A stretch of 64,000 nucleotides of DNA from Mobula hypostoma (Eukaryota): contig NC_086097.1 in NCBI RefSeq assembly GCF_963921235.1, positions 108,316,001 to 108,380,000 of the forward strand, given 5' to 3'. Below, one piece after another: positions 38,296-51,199 of the stretch. Under the pieces are notes generated by a model. It did not search any database and was not told where the DNA came from. It saw only the letters and a program-made list of their open reading frames with translations. Made by a program: the position numbers and the translations under genes. How positions within the stretch are numbered: the stretch's first letter is position 1; each line of letters starts with the position of its first letter.

Positions 38296-41019
38296 GTTGC
38301 TCTGGAACTGTCCAAATAATTTTCCTGGTTTTTTTGAGAAGAGTGCAGTTATTCACTTGGCCTCTGTCTGCTTAGTGTACCTCTGTAGTCTGGTGGTCAG
38401 AGCTGTTAACCGTTGCTTGGCAGTTTTCAGTGCTTCGACTATGGACATAACTCTGTCCTTCCTTGGTAGCCAATATGAGTCTTTGGTCTTCCCACCCTTC
38501 TGCAGCTCAGTTAGTCTGCTGACCTCCACCCTTGTGGTTTTCATCTTGGTTTCCAATCATCATCTCCAAGGGAGGTTATGACAGTACACTCCACTGTATT
38601 TAATTTTGCAGCCCAGGATTTCTAGAATTGCTGCTGGCAATACATTTGGTAGATTGGCATCCATCTATCTCGAAGGACAGTGGGTGATGATGATCATCAT
38701 CACAAGCCTGGATGGAAGGTATGGAGATCCTGAGATACTCAGTTGTCAAGATCCTTCTCACAGCCTCACCAGTGTAGTCCAAAGGAAAGCTGGTGAAACA
38801 ATATTTTTGGCATCAGCTTGGCTGCAGGAGTTCCACTCCAGATTTGCTGTCTGGGTTTACTCCCATAGCCTTCGTCTTTCCCGAGGTTGCCCACAAGGCA
38901 GTGGGGCTATTTACCCATAGCTGGGGATCTGGTTCATGAGCACCAGGGTGTGTCCACACACCGGTGTGCCTGCATGCTACATGTGCAGGGGTCAGACTTC
39001 CTCCCTGTCCTCTGTAGTTCATCCTGAGACCAAAAGGAGTTCAGTTTTCATGTGTCGCCAGTGAGGAGGCACTACACGAGGCTTGCTGTTGGAGAGGCTA
39101 TGTACTGGTAGGGAGAGACTTACATATTCAGCTCCCTTTTTTGCAAGACCGCTAACTAGCCAGCGGTGGAAGCTGAAAATGAGAGCAACGAGCACTACCT
39201 ATTACACTACCACACTAGATGTGTCACAAAAATCATTTTGACACCAGTGTGAGTTGCTGTTGAAGTAGCATTCCAATAACTCCAGTCTCGTCCATTTATG
39301 GTTTGTTCCTGTAACCAATTTATCGCCAGATGGTCCCGGTTCCCCAACCATTGGCAGGGACCTTGTTTATCCAGGCAATGTCTGGGCCGGCATGACTCTT
39401 CTTGTTCTTGTCACTCTCATCCGGAGTTTTGTGGCCAATGTAGAGTTAGCATGAGGGGTCCAGCCCAAGACCCCTACTGGACCGCCACCACCAGGACCCA
39501 AACTCCAGACCCCCATGGCGGGTGGCGGGGTGGAGCCAGGTATCAGCCTACGCTGGTGGTCGCATCCTGCTGATTCTTGCGCCCAGTGTCCTCGCAGCAG
39601 CCCGTGCTACCTGGCCCCTAATTGGGGCACCTGCTCATTTGGGACAATTCTTAAAGAATAAAATGTAATTGAAAAAGTAGCCAGGATTCCCTTCATTTAT
39701 TTGGGACACTATGCTGCTTAATTGGGGCAGGAGACTGTGGCTGAACAGTTTCTGTCCGATGTCAGATGTGTGTACTTCTGTGGCCATTAGACACTACATC
39801 ACGCTCAGAGCAAACAGTTTTTAACTAGTGTCAGTTGTGTGTGTTTGTGTTCAGATCCTCTGAAATGATAATGCCAAGGAATTTACAATTTTGTCCCTCC
39901 CCACCTCTGATCCCCTGATGACTTCCTGCTGTAGTTCATGATAAGCTGTTTGGTTTTGCTGGTGCTGAGTGAGAGTTGTTGTTGTGGCACCACCCAGCCA
40001 GATTTTCAGTCTTCCTCCTATATGCTGATTTGTCACCACCTCTTCATAACAAATACGAAGTTCTGGAACATAGTACTTGAAAGGGCATTGGAATGAAGTT
40101 ATACAGGAACTTTCGAAAAGGATTTGATGACTTACATGGGAATCATCTGAGAAGTGGTTTATGAAAACTGGCTATGGGCACAGTGGCCTCTTGTGCTGCA
40201 AGATTTTGTGAAGTTTGAAGGTTATGAAATACATTTGATGAAGCATATGCTGTTAATCCTACCCACATATTCTAGGTTTGGATCCAGTTGTATCAGAGGA
40301 AAGCTGGAAAGAAGGAAACTGTAGACGTCCCCTAGTTCTCATCTTCCCGAAACTATAGAAAATAGCCACAGGAAGAGTGGCCTTTAGAAACAGAAATATT
40401 CAAAATAGAATCTATTTGGATTAGTCATGTTAGTTAGGATATTAAACAGACCACCTAATACCAAAAGGAAGTGCAGGTCAGAATCGGGTTCAATATCACT
40501 GGCATATATTGTGAAATAACACATAATTTAAAAATGTATAAATTACAACAAGAAGCATATGGTGACTGTCCTTCATGTCTGAGCCTGTGTAAGAGAGTTT
40601 TTAAAGTGGAAAGACCTTCGTACTGGGGCAGTTTCACTCTGAAGTCCAAGTCCAGTGGTATGAACAAGTGTCACAATCTGGGGTCTTCCTGGGTTGCAAT
40701 GGGCAACCATGACATTCTTTGCCTTGCTGTGCCCTTCGCTCCTCATGCAGTGTTGCAGTACTGCCTTCCTGGCCATTTGATCTCACTAGGTGGCATTCGC
40801 CCAGTCCGCCGGGCTGACTTTATATTCTGGGACAGATATGTCCCTAACTCACTGGGGTATGAGGTCACTGGCTACCCTCACCTGGTTTAGCCCACCTGTT
40901 AAAGAGGTGTACCAGGGTGTGGCCGCTGTCATGTGCAAACAGCTGCTTGGAACCACATGAGAGCTGAGTGTCTGACAGGACCAAAAGTAGATGCACCTTT
41001 GGCAGTAATATCGATCTTG

Positions 41020-42225
41020 AGTCTGTGTGGGTAGGTCTCTATCAGCTTTGCCACATCTGAACATTCAAATTTTTCCCCATTCTTCTTGACAAAACTGTTC
41101 CCACTCTGTCAGATTGCATGGGGATTGTGAGTAAACAGCCTTTTCCAAGTCTAGCCACAAATTCTCAATTGAATTCAGGTCTGGAATCTGACTTGGCCAC
41201 TCCAGGACATTAATTTTGTTGTTTTTAAGCCATTCCTGAGTAACTTTGGCTTTATGCTTGGAGACATTGTCCTGCTGGAAAACAAATCTTCTCCCAAGTT
41301 GCAATCCTTTTGCAGACTGCATCAGGTTTTCCTCCAAAATTTTCTTGTATTTTGCTGGATTCATTTTACCTTCTACCTTCACAAGCCTTCCAGTGAAGCA
41401 TCCCCACAGCATGATGCAGCCACCACCATGCTTCCTAGCAGGAATGGTGTGATTTTGATGATGTGCTTACGCCAAGCATAGTGTTTAGTCTGAAGGCCAA
41501 AAAACTCGAAATTTTGGTTTTATCAGACTATAGAACCTTCTTCCAGCTGACTTCAGAGTCTCCCACATTCCTTCTGGCAAACTTTAGCCGAGATTTCATG
41601 TGAGTTTTTTTCAACAGTGGCTTTCTCTTTTCCAATCTCCCATAAAACTGTGACTGGGAGCACCCGGGCAACAGTTGTTGTATGCGCAATTTCTCCCATC
41701 TCAGCCACTGAAGCTTTTAATTCCTCTGGAGTTGTCATAGGTCTCTTGGTGGCCTCCCTCACCAGTCACCACCTTGCATGGTCACTCAGTTTTTGAGGAC
41801 AGCCTGCTCTAGGCAGATTTACAGCTCTGCCATATTTTTTCCATTTCTTGATGATTATCTTAACTGTACTCCAAGGGATTTTCAGTGACTTGGAAATTTT
41901 CTTGTATCTATCTCCTGACTTGTGCTTTTCAATAACCTTTTCGCAGAGCTGCTTGGAGTGTTCTTTTGTCTTCATGGTGTAGTTTTTGCCAGGACACTGA
42001 CTCACCGGCAGTTGGACCTTCCAGATACAGGTGTATTTTTACTGCAGCCAATTGAAACACCTTGACTGCACACAGGTCTCCAAAAGCAGATCTCCATTTA
42101 ACTAATTATGCGATATCTAAAACCAGTTGGCTGCACCAGTGATGATTTGGTGTGTCATATTAAATTGGGGGGGGGGGGGTAAATACTTATGCAATCAATT
42201 ATTTAGTGTTTTATATTTGTATATT
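41020..42225 (-). mobile_element. Tc1 transposon with transposase pseudogene
   Basis: MKTKEHSKQL.EKVIEKHKSG..YKKISKSL; MLWGCF; FQQDN..KH; WPSQ.PDLNSIENLW; frameshifts and deletions. Confidence 0.92.
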
Positions 42226-42582
42226 ACTACTTGGCGTTCAAGACCAACATCTCCTCAGTATTAACCAATAAGCTTTAAAACCTGGGCCTCCGTACCCCAT
42301 TCTGCAACTGGATGCTTGGCTTCTTCATCGAGAGACCAGTCAGTGCAGGTCAGTAATAGCATCTCAATGTTGTTAAGCAGCACCTCAGTGATGTGTGCTT
42401 AGCCCACAGCTGTTCTCTCTACCCTCATGACTGTGTGGCTAAGCACAACTCAATCATCTATAGATTTGCATATGACCCCGCTGTTGGTTGAATCTCAGAT
42501 GGCAATGAAGAGATGTACAGGAATGTGATAGATCAAAGTTCAAAGTCAATTTTATTATCAAAGTACATATATGTCACTGTAT

Positions 42583-42744
42583 TTATAGGCATCCATTAGT
42601 CTCGTGAGACCATGGATTTGTGCCTTGGAAGGTTTCCAGGGCGCAGGCCTGGGCAAGGTTGTATGGAAAACCGGCAGTTGCCCAAGCTGCAAGTCTTCCC
42701 TCTCCACGCCACCAATGTTGTCCAAGGGAAGGGCACTAGGGCCG
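42583..42744 (-). mobile_element. Short RTE/Vingi-like retroposon fragment
   Basis: 12-bp TSD ATGTCACTGTAT at 42571-42582 and 42745-42756; family assignment and strand tentative. Confidence 0.7.
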
Positions 42745-43704
42745 ATGTCACTGTATACAACCCTGGGATTCATTTTCCTGCGGGTATACTAGGCAACTCT
42801 ATAGAATAGTAACTATAACAGGATCAATGAAAGATCAACCAGAATACAGAAGCCAACAAGCTGTGCAAATGCAAATATAAATAACGAGAGCATTAGATAA
42901 TGAGGTAAAGAGACCTAAAGTGAAGATCATTGGTTGTGGGAATATCTCAATGGATGAGCAAGAGAGTGTAGTTATCCTCTTTTGTTCAAGAGCCCAATCT
43001 GATTTTTGAGGGGTAGTAACTGTTCTTGAACCTGGTGCTATGAGACCGGAGGCTCTTGTACCTTCTACCTGAAGATGGCAATGAGAAGAGAACATGACCT
43101 GGGTGGTGGCAATCTGCTGGATACTGCTTTCCTACGACAGCGTTTCATGTAGATGTGCTCAGTGGTGGGAGGGCTTTACCTGTGATGTACTCGGCGGAAT
43201 TCACTACCTTTTGTACGATTTTCTGCTCAAAAGCTTTACTGTTTCCATACCAGGCCGTGATGCAGCTAGTTAATATATTCTCCATTACACACTTATAGAA
43301 GTTTGTCAGAGGTTTTGAAGTTATACGGATTTCTGCAGACTCCTAAGGAAGTTGAAGCACTGTGTGCTTTCTTTGCAATTGCAATTACATGCTGGGTCTA
43401 GGGCAGGTCCTCTGAAATAGTAACACCCAGGAATTTAAAGTCACTGACCTTCTGCACGCCTGATCCTCTGATGAAGACTGGCTCATGGACCTGTGGTTTC
43501 CCTCTCCTGAAGTCTACGATCAGTTCCTTGGTTTTGCTGACATTGAGTGAGAGGTTGTTGTTATGAAACTACCATGCCAAATTTTCAGTCTCCCTCCTGT
43601 ATTCTGATTCATCACCACCTTTGATTTGGCCCACAATAATAGTGTTTTCAGGAAACTTGAATATGGTAGTGGAGCTGTGTTTAGCCACACAGTTAGTTTA
43701 TTAG

Positions 43705-44500
43705 TTTAATAGGTACATTTAATGTCAGAGAAATGGATACAATTTACGTCTTGAAATTCTTTTTCTACTTAATATCCACAAAACAGGAGTGCCCCAAAGA
43801 ATGAATGGCAGTTAACTGTTAAAACCCCCAGATCCCCCCCCCAGCTCCCCCTCCCACGTGTAAGCTGCAGTGAAGCAACAGACCCCTTTCCCCATCAGCA
43901 CCCCCCACTGAGCACTCAAGCGTGCAGCAAAGCATCAATAAAGACACAGCCTTGCAGTACTCCAAAGACTACTCGTTCACTCAGTAATTCAACATACCAC
44001 AGGCCCTCTCTCTCCTTAAGGGAAAAAGAGGTGTCCCCATTCCACAGTGAGAGGAGAGACATAACAAAACAACTCACTGATTTAGAAGTCTGTTGCATCG
44101 CCTTTTCTGAGCTCTGTGCCCAAAGAACTCGGGTCTCTGGGAACAGAGCCAGCAGCCAGCTTGTTGCTTTCGATCTTCTGTGTACTCCCACGACACATCA
44201 GGCGGTGGCATCAGCCTTGAATCTGCCCACCTCCAGAACCACGAAAATCCAGCACCCTGAAGGTGCGCTAGTTTTCCAGGCTGCGTCCTTGGCATATCGA
44301 AAAGCGGCCGGTCGTGAGGCCCTGAGAGCGGCTCCCATTTCTGCAAAGAACCGAAGTCTACATGTAACTCCAGGTCAGGGTCTCCAAAGGAAGCCTGGAA
44401 AGGAAAAAAAGAGATATTAAAAATAACAATAGAGCTGTTTCTGAAGATGCGAGCAGAGGAGTCGGCGTTAGGCGCCATCATCCTAAGCTCCTCCCTTCCG
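43705..44500 (-). mobile_element. ~0.8-kb non-coding retroposon, full copy
   Basis: Colinear with 48800-49632; interrupts the Rex-type RT sequence. Confidence 0.8.
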
Positions 44501-45589
44501 CCCCGTTATAGGTGTAAAGCGAGTAGAGCAGGTGCTAAGCACATAGCCCTGAGGTTCTCCTGTGCTGATGGAGATCGTAGGGGAGATGTTTTTGCCAACC
44601 TGAACTGATGGGGTCTACAAGTGAAGAAATCTAGGATCCAGTTGCACAAGGAGATATTGAGGCCAAGGTCTTGGAGCTAATTGACTAGTTTTAAGGGGAT
44701 GATGGTATTTAATGCTGAGCTGTAGTCAATAAAGAGCATCCTGGTGTATGCATCTTTGCTATCCAGGTGTTCCAGGGTTAAGTAAAGAGCTAATGAGATG
44801 GCATCTGCAATGGGCCTGTTACTCTGGTACACTAATTAGGGTGGATACAAGTTGCCTGTAAGGCAGGGAGCTGATATGTTTTATCACTAGCCTCTCAAAA
44901 CACTTCTTCATCACTGGATGGAAGTACAATTGGTTGAGTAATGTCAATAGCAATAACGTCTCATTCAACGTCAGCAAGATCATATCATACAACGTAGCAC
45001 ATAAACGAGGATGATCAACTGTTCTGTCTGGAAGGGAGTTAACTTCTTTCACGTGGGCAGAATCGAATTCTGAAGTTCACACATCAATGTAATGGAAGAC
45101 TTAAAAGCCATTGACTATATTGGAAAACAATGGAACCTTTAAACACAGTGTTTAACTTAAATGAAAATTTTAAAAACTGCCGATGGTGGAAGTCTAAAAT
45201 TAACTAAAAATGTACTTGTCAGCTTAAAATCTGTCTCTTAAATTACAAATGCATGAGTCTAAAATGCAAAACCTGATCATTCTTCGGAAAATATATAGAA
45301 ACTGCATCTGCTACTTCGTCTATGGCTTCTCTCCCTTAAGAAAGGATGAAATTAATACCAATTTTATGCCGGATGTCTGACTTGGGCAAGTCTCTGAGAG
45401 AATTCCTCTCTAAGAGAATATGATACAGATATAGTTCAATGTAAATTTATTATCGAAGTACATATATGTCACCATATACAATCCTAAGATTCATTTTCTT
45501 GCGGGCACACTCAATGAATACAAAGAAACACTATAGAATCAATGGAAAACTACTCTCAAAGGTGATAGGTCGGTTGTGATATAAGCAGA

Positions 45590-46460
45590 GAAATAGCAGG
45601 TTAAGCTTAATTCAGGTAAGTGTGAGTGTTGTGTCCGGTAGGTCAAGTGTAAGAGGAAAGCGTATAGTAAATGGCAAGCAACACACACAAAATGCTGGTG
45701 GAACGCAGCAGGCCAGGCAGCAACTATAGGAAGTACAGTTGACGTTTCATACCTTAGAAGGGTCTCGGCCCGAAACATCGACTGTACTTCTTCCTGTAGA
45801 TGCTGCCTGGTCTGCTGCGTTCCACCAGCATTTTGTGTGTGTTGCTTGAATTTCCAGCATCTGCAGATTTCCTCGTGTTTGTAGTAAATGGCAAGACCCT
45901 TAAAAGCATAAATATGTAGATGGATCCTGGGATGCAAATCCATAGCTTCCTGAGAGTAAAAAGACAAGTAGATAGGGTAGTAAAGAAGGCATAAAGCATG
46001 TTTGTCTTCATCAATAGGAACATTGCCAATAAAAATCAGGAAGTTATACTACACTTGTATAAAACTTTGGTTAGGCTACATTTTGGAGTATTAAGTACTG
46101 TTCTGGTTGCCGGATTACTGAACCATGTGAAGGCTTTGGAAAGCCTGCAGAAGAGGTCTGCCTAGGTTAGAGAGTATTAGCTATAAGGAGAATTTGGACA
46201 AACATAGATATTTTCTTTTCTGAAACGCTGGAGGCTGAGAGGACACCTAATTAAATATATAAAATTTTGAGAGGCATGTACATGGTAGATAGGGTCTGGG
46301 TGGGAAGGCAAAATACTGGATGGCATTGTTTTTAAAGTGAGGGGGGAAAGTTTAAAGGGGATTTATGAGGCAACTTGTTTTACACAGAGTGGGATGGCAG
46401 CTTGCTCAATGTAGCAACATGGTTGGCACAGAGTTTGCTGTGTTCTACTTTTCAATGTTC
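45590..46460 (+). mobile_element. Decayed CR1 3' portion
   Basis: GTAGATAGGGTAGTAAAGAAGGC, TATAAAACTTTGGTTAGGC..CATTTTGGAGTA CR1 blocks. Confidence 0.8.
45679..45881. mobile_element. Short fold-back PLE insertion
   Basis: Inverted arms centred ~45755; 14-bp TSD TAGTAAATGGCAAG at 45665-45678 and 45882-45895. Confidence 0.9.
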
Positions 46461-48799
46461 CATGAGGCCAGCAAAATAAACCCACAAATTCTCTTCAAAC
46501 TATACTATATAAAAATCATTGGAAAGCTGGTGACAAACTGCATGAACTTGACATCAGTGTGCCATGCTGCAAGAACTGGGGTTGTGGGGAAGGGCGGGGG
46601 ACCAATTTTGCTAAATGACATGACGGTTGATAGTGAGATTAGCTTATTATGAAAGCCAACAGCAAGTGGAAACATGCCCAGTAGAACTGAAAAAGAACAC
46701 CAGATGCAGAACTCTCGTGGGGAGTTCTTTCTAGATCTCAGCAATACTAATAATAATCTCGAAAGTGGATGCATAAATACAGAAAGAGAAAAAGCAAGTG
46801 GCAAGGCAATTCAATCGGCATTGGAGATAATAATCTCTCCAAAGATTTGAGACGGGCAGAATACCTGAGTAACACAGTTGAACTTATTTGCAGCTTTGAC
46901 AAATAATCATAAAGCATTTACAATACAAAAAGTGGACACTTTTCCTGCCACTTTATTGCTGGTGGGGAAAGTACCTCTTAACCTTATACCACTTTCTAGA
47001 AACAGATCTGTGGCCCTGCAGGTTGAGTTTATCTCAGTGAATATCTAAGTGTGGTTTAAATGTGTGAGAGATTTTGCCTCTGTTGCCATCTTGGTCAAGG
47101 AGTTCCAGACCCCTTCCACACCCTGGGTGAAAGAAAGTTCTCCTCATCTCCTTTCCATTCCTGTACCAATTTATTGCTATGTCCCCCGATTCTTTTTGGT
47201 CCCAGTGAGGAAATGGCTCCACATAATCAGCGTTCAAATTTCAAAGTAAGCTCATTATCAAAGTATGTATAATGTCACCATATACTACCCTGAGATTGAT
47301 TTTCTGGGAGGCATTCACAGTAGATCAAAGGTATACAACAGAGTCAATGAAAACTGCTCACAAAGACTGACAAACAAACAACATGCAAAGGAAACAAACT
47401 GTGCACATGCAAAATAAAACTCCCAAATAACTATCTATCTATCTATATATATATAAAAAATACTGAGAACATGAGTTGTAGAGTCCTTGAAAGTGAGTTC
47501 ATACTCTGTGGAATCGATTCAGCATTGAGATGAGTGAAATTATCAATGCTGCTTTCAGGAACCTGATGGTTGAAGGGTAATAATTGTTCCTGAAGGTCCT
47601 GTACCTCCTTCCCACTGTCAGCAGTGAGAAGAGAGCGTGACCTCATATACCTTAATTTAGGCATCCTTCAGCTTTCTCCCTCCCGGACACACAGCCCTTG
47701 TTTATGGAAACATTCCTCACAATTTCAGTTTTCCATTCCTGACCACCTCCTGGTAATAAAGTATGAAACTCAGCAGGTTGAGCAGCCTCTATGGGAGGAA
47801 AGAAATTGTTGATGGTTCCAGTTTGACCTAAAATGTTTACAATTTTTTCCTCCTACAGATGCTGTTTGACCCACTAAGTTTCGTTAGCAGATTATCGCTC
47901 CAGATTCCACAATCTGCAGTCTCTTGAGCCTCCTGCTAAATCTTCTCTGCACCCTTCTGCAGTGCATTTGCAAATTTCCTGTAATGTGATGATCAGAACT
48001 GTGCATGGTGCTCAAGTTGTAGCCTCACCAATGTATACTGTCTAATCCAACTACCCTGCTCTTTCGTTCTGTGCTTCAGCTAACAGGGGAACATCTTTTT
48101 AACCAGATTCTTGACTTACCCTACTACCTTTTGAAGATCTGTGCCCTCCAAGATTCATTATTTCTCCACATCACATAATATCCTTCCACTTACTGAACAT
48201 TCCTTGCCTTGTTGCACCTCCCCGAACACATTACCTCAACTTGCACTGGATTAAATTGCATTTGCAATTAAACACTGAGTCCCATGCAATCATGCTGGTT
48301 TTAGTCTCTCGTCACAAAAGATGCCATGCGCTGTGACCCCTTTGTTTCCCAAAATCGAGCTGATTTGAGATCTGATTTGCTGCACTCTCTTGAATCCCAT
48401 GGACTTGTACTTTTTTGACCAGTTTACCATGAAGGATCTTGCTTGACTTCATGTGCTCTACCCTGATTCACTCTTGTTAACTTCTTTAAGTCCCTTGTTA
48501 ACTCCTCAATTACTGATCACTCCCGTATTCAGAAAGAAATAAAAAGAACACAGTCAGAATTTCCTTGTAGCAACCTGGGATTTATTTCATCTCTAGGTGG
48601 TAAATTACCCCCTTTTCAAAGATAAATACTTTAATACTTTTTGTTATTATGTTTCATTACTTTTGATTTTCAGGTTTACAAGTTTATCATAGGTGTAAAT
48701 GACGTGAAAATTTAGCCTTTTTTATAGCAGTAGCGCAGTACATTACAAATATGACAAAAATTAAATAACATTAAATTTAATTTAAATAAATTATAAATA

Positions 48800-49632
48800 A
48801 CTTCAAAGGTGTCAAAGGTACATTTAATGTCAGAGAAATGTATACAATATACATCCTGAAATTCTTTTTCTTCGCAACCATCCATGAAAACGGAGTGCCC
48901 CCAAAGAATGAAAGACAGTTAACTGTTAGAACCCCAAAGCCTCCCCCAGCTCCCCCCTCCCACACTTAAGCAGCAGCAAAGTAACGATCCCCCCTCCCCC
49001 ACCAGCAAAAAAAAAGCATCGCTGCCCCCCACTGAGCACCCAAGCATGCAGCAAGCATCAATAAAGACACAGACTTGCAGTACCGCAAAGACTACTCGCT
49101 CACCCAGTAATCCAACATACCACAGGCTCTCTCTCCCTCTCTAATAAGGGAGAAAGGGGTGTCTTCATTTCACAGCAAGAGAGGATACATAACAAACAGC
49201 TCGCTAATTTATGATGTTAAAAGTCTGTTACGTTGCTCTTTCCTAGCTCTGTTCCCAAAGAACTCGGGTCTCTGGGCACGCAGCCAGCAGCCAGCTTGTT
49301 GCTTTTGATTTTCCATCTCCCATGACACACCGATTTCCTGCAGAGGCACCGACCCTGAGTCTGCCCACCTCTAGGGACATGAAATCCCAGAAACCCGAAG
49401 GCATGCTAGTCTTCTAGGCCGTGTCCTTGGTATATCGAATAGCAGCCAGTTGTGAGACCCCGAGTGTGGGTCCCATTCTCACAAAGAACCAAAATCAGCA
49501 TGTAACTCCAGGTCAGGGTCTTCAAAAGAACCCTGAAAGGGAAAAATAGAGATATTAAAGATAGAAATAGAGCTTTTTCTGAAGATGCACGCAGAGGAGT
49601 CACCGTTAGGTGCCATCGACTCCTAAGCTCTA
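48800..49632 (-). mobile_element. ~0.8-kb non-coding retroposon, second full copy
   Basis: Colinear with 43705-44500; TCAAAGGT repeated tail. Confidence 0.8.
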
Positions 49633-49699
49633 TCCACTTGCATGACAGAATAAACAAAAATAAACACAATATTAGTGCAAGTTGCAGGAAGTATGGACT

Positions 49700-50790
49700 T
49701 TGATAGAATTAGGGTTTTTCAGGTCAGTTCTAGAACTTGATGTCACTGGGGATTAAACTGTTAATGCACCTTGAAGTGTGAGTCTTTAGGTTCCTGTATC
49801 ACCTGCTTGATGGCAGCAATCAGAATAGGGCAAGATTTGAATTGTGTAAGTTCTCAATGATGGATGTCACCTTCCTGAGACATTGCCTTTTGTAGATTTT
49901 GTTAATAAGGAGAGCTGAACCCATGATGGAGCTAGTCAATCCAGCTCTCTCTCTAGCTTTTTACATGCATGTGAATTGCAGTTCCCATTGTAGGCCAAGC
50001 TGCAACCAGTCAGAGTGTATTCCATTGTATGTCTGTAGAAATTTGTTATAGTCTTTGATGTCATACCAAATCTCCTTAAACCTCTAAGGGAGATGCTGGT
50101 GCACTTTCTTCATGGTTGCATTTGTGTGCTGGGCCCAGGATAGGTCTTCTGAGACGTCGGCAGCCAAGAACTTGAAGGTGCTCACCCTTTCCACCCCAGA
50201 CCCTTCAGAGAAGACTAATGCGAGTTCATCTGACTTCTCCTTCCTAAAATCCATGATCAGTTCCTTAGTTTTGCTGATGCTGAGCATTGCCACTCAATCA
50301 CTCCTCTTCATCACAATCCGTATTCGGCCAACAACACTGTTAATTTGTCAATGATGGAGTTATACTTGGCCATTAGAGAAGATAGAATAGGGGGTAGAGC
50401 AATTCTGAGATGCATCTGTGTTCGTGGTCAATGAGAATTAAACAAGGTTTCTGACCTGTCCACATTGTGTGCTCCCAGTGGGAAGTCAAGGGTCCAGTTA
50501 CAGAGGGAGATAGAGAGGTTTACATGTGGGAGCTTAATAGTAGGGTTTGAGGAGTATGATGTTATTGAATCCCAAATTGTCATTGAACAACCCCTGATGT
50601 ATGTGCTCTGATTATCCTGATGATCCAGAGCAGGTTGGAGATCCAGAGAAATTGTGGTATCAAAGAAATGAAGTAGATCTAGGTGCTTGCTGAGGCAGGA
50701 GTTAATTGAGCCACAACTATCCTCTCGAAGCACTTTATTACAAAGGATGCAAGTGCCACTGGATGGTAATCATTGAGGCAGTTGTCCCCA
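49700..50790 (-). mobile_element. Old Rex1/Babar-type LINE
   Basis: SISKTKELIMDFRK, VERVSTFKFL...EDLSW, LCNWTLDF. Confidence 0.72.
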
Positions 50791-51199
50791 TTGATCCTTA
50801 CCAATTACTTACAGTGTGTTGTACAAAGCATCCTATCTGGATGCATTACGGCTTGGTATGGCAACTGCTCTACAGGTAATCAAAAGTAACTTCAGTAAGT
50901 TGTGGACAGACCTCAGCACGTCACAGAAACCAGACTCCCCTCAATGGGCTCTGTCTACTACTCGCTGCCTCAGTAAAGCAGCCAGCACAATTAAAGAGCC
51001 CTAATGATCTTGCACCATATTGTTAACCTCCACCACACATTCCCTGTGGCTGTTACACTTTATTCTGCATCGTAATTTTTTTCACCTTGTTCTATCTTAG
51101 TGCACTGTGTAATGAAGTGATCTGTATGAACAGTATGAAAAAAAACTTCTCTCTGTATCTTATACATGTGACCACAAACCAGTTCCAATTCTACTTGTG

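Larger units (their letters stand above)
33300..39620 (-). mobile_element. Decayed R4/Dong (Rex6-like) RLE-type non-LTR retrotransposon with nested insertions
   Basis: N-term MPAQTLPG*TRS...HKWTRLELLECYF from 39393; RT PITCLST.WKLLSGII, GSKHQLL.DK, YKKAY, FGLEKC, YKYLG; CRLC..ETI*HI..GC knuckle; RHNQ, KILWDFQIQ, IDVAI endonuclease region. Confidence 0.85.
42535..44935 (-). mobile_element. Rex1/Babar-type LINE with two nested insertions
   Basis: MKKCFERLVIKHI RT motif and 3' end shared with 16655-17395. Confidence 0.78.

Noticed and set aside
36965..38356. Two ~230-aa ORFs fusing CR1 and R4 sequence
   Set aside because: Accidental in-frame junctions of a nested insertion, with a stop between them and no promoter or splice evidence.
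40276..40400. Possible next exon after TTCTAG acceptor
   Set aside because: Stops in all three frames and no similarity to the expected OXR1 sequence.
46450..46960. Purine-rich unique stretch with short open frames
   Set aside because: No recognisable homology or convincing splice sites.
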